64,000 bases of DNA from Podarcis gaigeae (taxonomy: Eukaryota): assembly GCA_964106915.2 (NCBI GenBank), contig OZ066918.1. The stretch is one strand, 5' to 3'. Below are positions 60,424 to 64,000 of the stretch, in pieces. The notes under the pieces are model-generated. The model made no database searches. It saw only the letters and a program-made list of their open reading frames with translations, and had not been told where the DNA came from. A program made the translations under genes and the position numbers. How positions within the stretch are numbered: the first letter of the stretch is position 1; each line of letters starts with the position of its first letter.

Positions 60424-62035
60424 CAGCTCACTGCTCCACACAGAAGAATAATGAGAAATGAACAAGATGCTGCTCTCTGCTTCTGTGCTGGTGCAGCAGG
60501 AATTATGTGTTCTAATCCCTTTTCTCCTCTTCTGCAAGTACTCGTGGAACAGAACTGGAGGAGCCAAGGGAGGGAAGAAAAAACAATTAGGGCAATGCTC
60601 ATTTGTGTGCCCCCCACCCCACCTGGAAACACAAAATTATGCTGCCCAGAGCAGAGTTAAAAATAGAAAGGGAAGAATTGGGCTGTGATCCCACAGGTCT
60701 GCTTCACATGCTCCTCTCTCCACACTTTCAGTGTGGATGTGGGTGTGTTGGGGTTTCTCCATTGCAAGGCACAGAAGCTGCATTTTCATGGTGGAGATTT
60801 GCACATTTCCTTCCTCTGCATGAGACTCAAAAGTGAGGAAGGACAGAGAAAAAACACAAATTAGCCACTGCATGGCATTCAAGTAATTCAGGGGAGATCC
60901 AATGAGATTAATGAAGATGACAGAGTTAGGCTCATTAATTTCAACAGATCTACTCTGAAATTATTCAAATACTTTGAATAATGACACCTTGACAAGTTGC
61001 AACCTAAAATTAAGTACACACCTGTATACTTGTGCACACCCACTGTGTTTCTCGCTTCAACCTACTGGACAGTTAACAAATGTGGGACATTTTGGGCTAT
61101 GAAAAGCTTTGCTAAATACTGTTGCAATACTTGGCAAAAAAAAGAAAGAAAAAAGAACCTGTTAAAGATCCCGAGGCTTATTTAAAACAAAGGTCTTTTC
61201 TTAACATGGTTGGATCTGAATGCAGAAAGGAAGGATGATTGACTGGAATTAAACAAGTAAACAAACCAGTCTGCTTAATCTGTAAATTGTTTCCTGTTTC
61301 CTAAATGTGAAGAAGTTTCACCTCCTGTTTGCAGTTCAGCTGTTAGTATGAACTTGATGAAGTGTTAAATACTTGGGGAAGGAGATGGGATATCTCCTAA
61401 TATTTACCACAGGGGCTTTTCTGTTTTGGTAGTGTGTGGAGCATGTTGTTTGTGCATGCACTAGCAGTGGGTTGTATCCAGTGAAACTGTCCCATTAGCA
61501 CAAGTGCTCCTGCTTGCTCCTCCCTTTTTTTATTCCCCAACCCCAAATCTGCTCCAAAGGATTAGGGGAACACCCCTTCCCCAACAAATCTGGGGTGCAT
61601 GTAGCGGGAAGAGAGGGAAGACAAATTCCACTGCACAAGCGGAAGTCATTGTGCTAATGGGGAGACTTGGTTGGCTACAACCCAGAATGACTATGTCTTC
61701 TGAACGTCAACAAACACACTACCAAAACCGAAGGAATTACATGAACTCCTGAGCGTGGATGTCATTTCACATTTCATCTGTGGAAGAAGTGGGAGACAAG
61801 GTTCATGGTGGACATGGCTACCCACAGCTACTAGCCATGAAAGCTATGCCCTACCTCCACTGCCAGACTCGAAGCAGTATGCCTCTGAATACCAGTTGCT
61901 AGGAATCACAGTTGCTAGGAATTGTGTCCTGCTTGTGTGCTTCCCACAGGCACCTGGCTTGTCGCTGCAATAACATGAAGGACTAGATGGGCCATTGACC
62001 CGATTCAGCAGACTCTTCTTGTGTTCTCAAGATTC

Positions 62036-62350
62036 TAATAATAATAATAAACCTTTATTGTTACTACACCACCTGTGTGCAGTGAAATTAAATTACCCCC
62101 CCCATACATTCAGTCTAGTTCGTGCTCTGTGTGCTTGTCGGAAGTCAAATACACCACTATTTCCCCCCCATTCAACAACCCAACAGCCCACAGATAAAAA
62201 CTGTTCTTTAACCTGGTGGTGTGGCTGACTATACTTCTGTATCTCCTGCCCAATGGTAGGAGACTAAAGAAGTGCTGGCCAGGGTGTGAGTCGTCCCTAA
62301 GAATTTTCCTCGCTCTCCTGAGGAAGTTTCCCACGATGTCATCTATCTTG
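62036..62350 (-). mobile_element. 3' fragment of a Rex1/Babar-type LINE
   Basis: ORF C-terminus ...SHPGQHFFSLLPLGRRYRSIVSHTTRLKNSFYLWAVGLLN is typical of the Rex1 RT end; (TTA)n tail. Confidence 0.75.
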
Positions 62351-62684
62351 GATATATTCAAATCACATTGTCTAAAAGCTGTGTATTTTTGAGCGCATTT
62401 GTTGTAGCTGCTTTATTTGTATACCTCATAATCAACACTGGGTGAAACACTCACACAGCCACACATTTTTTTAAGCAAAGGGATTTGTGCCTGTGGGTGC
62501 TATGTGAACTCACTGCATGAGCCTATTTAGTTCTTTATCACAACTATCACTGAGCATGTAGAACTGGAGAATTGGTCTGAGATGCATAGGGAGAATCATA
62601 TATGATATGACCACCTAATGGTGCCCATTGTCTAGGTGGTTTACAACATATAGGAGTACACAAAGCTTGTCTAAAAGGCAGGTA

Positions 62685-62936
62685 CAGTGGTACCTTGGTT
62701 TACGAACTTAATCCGTTCTGGAAGTCTGTTCTTATACCAAAGTGTTCTTAAATCAAGGTGTGCTTTCCCATAGCAGCGGAGGACTCAATTTACAAATGGA
62801 ACACACTCAACAGGAAGCGAAACATGTTCTTATTCCAAGGCAAAGTTAACAAACCAAAACACCTACTTCTGGGTTTGCAGCATTCTTAATACAAGTTGTT
62901 CATAAACTAAGCTGTTCTTAAACCAAGGTACCACTG
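62685..62936. mobile_element. Tigger-like MITE
   Basis: 18-bp TIR CAGTGGTACCTTGGTTTA; TA on both sides. Confidence 0.88.
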
Positions 62937-64000
62937 TACTGATAAAGGAGTATTGGGATGGGACATGGGACAAGTAAGGGAATGAGGAAGATGGGTCAGG
63001 AAAAACTGCAGATTAGGAAACAGCAATGTATACATCCATTCTTTAGCAGGACCTTCACCCTAAACTCATGATTGTTGACTTCTGATAGAGGACAAGGGTA
63101 AAAGATAAGCCATTTTACGAAGACCATTGCCTCTTGCCTCTGAACACATGTGCTTAAGATTTTAAGTTGGCTTGTGTGGCTTACTTACTTATTAAGTAGG
63201 AAAGTCGCCACAGGACACCTAGTGGATTTCCTAACAACCCATAAGAACCACTGACAAATGTATAAGATCTCTACCTTTGTCTCCAGCACATCTGCAGTGA
63301 TATGTCTGCAGACACAGGGTTTTGGGTTTCTGCCCCAGTAGGGAAAACTATGGGGACTCTCACAATAACATCCTGTCCCACCACTGAACTCCACCATCAC
63401 CTGTGGAAATGCTGTAGAAGAACCCGTGACTGAAATTTCCGCAGCAACACAGAACAACTTCAGCAAGCCACCTGTCAACCATTCTCTTTTCTCTTGACAT
63501 TATCTATCCTTTCATGGAGTTGTACTGAGGAATGCAACATATCTAAAACATGCTGGATATTAAAAATGCTACCTGTAAAGAAGGATCGTTATTTTCCTGA
63601 TTTAGTTGCGGTCCTAGGTCTCTTTGAGGCAGATACATCAGCATTGCTATGTTGGGGTGTGTGTGTAGCATTCTTGAAGGGGACCCCACTGAAGGGCTCC
63701 TAATCCTTATGGCCCACCAGAGAGAGCAGCAGGAAGGCAGCAATGGTTGCTGCTGCTCCACAGTTGTTCAGTACATTGATATTAGGACATTAGTTCCTTA
63801 GAATGTGGGCAATGCGTGGGCTTTTAAATTGTGCGCCTCAACACTTTGCAGTAGCAAACACCATCAGTGTAATAATTACTCAGAGCTCAGGCATTTGCTA
63901 CGTAATGTATTTGAATATATAAACAATGTTAAGCTTCACAAAGCACCACATTCAAGGGACCTAATAAAATGTAATGAACACACTATTTTGCCTTCCACCT

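Noticed and set aside
61062-61118. Possible 57-nt phase 1-1 exon after a strong pyrimidine tract (VFSKAFHSPKCPTFVNCPV)
   Set aside because: The donor AG|GTTGAA is poor, an earlier AG competes, and it does not resemble ANK3 linker cassettes I know.
63185-63478. 97-aa minus-strand ORF with possible acceptors and a GTAAGT donor
   Set aside because: No acceptor/donor pair gives the required phase 1-1 exon; no ankyrin similarity.
1-64000. CRISPR arrays, prokaryotic systems, or a nested second protein-coding gene
   Set aside because: Eukaryotic exon-intron locus. No regularly spaced repeats, and no coherent plus-strand exon chain was seen.

Overview
AT-rich vertebrate genomic DNA. Sauria SINEs and other squamate-type repeats indicate a lizard/squamate source. 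The whole window is the internal part of the ankyrin-3 / ankyrin-G gene (ANK3) on the minus strand. It runs from the linker after the ANK repeats through ZU5A-ZU5B-UPA, the ~7.7-kb neuronal giant exon and the death domain into the C-terminal regulatory domain. The 5' ANK-repeat exons and the last exons are outside the window. Fourteen core exons plus the giant exon were placed by GT-AG boundaries and phase continuity. Alternative structures read from the sequence: an internal first exon (MAFQNS...) with a CpG-enriched upstream region carrying an HNF1-type site; 12-nt and 33-nt microexons; a 99-nt ZU5A-duplicating cassette; tandem acceptors and an internal phase-1 donor in the giant exon (270- versus 480-kDa-type forms); and long/short acceptors in the C-terminal exon. 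Unvalidated candidates I do not recognise from known ANK3 isoforms include an SP(R/Q)-repeat terminal exon after the death domain and a Cys-cluster alternative first exon. A 140-N gap probably hides an expected microexon. Introns carry Sauria SINEs, tRNA-derived SINEs, hAT and Tc1/pogo-type MITEs, and Rex1 and Penelope fragments. I found no independent second gene or wholly new system; any novelty here is in candidate ANK3 isoforms.
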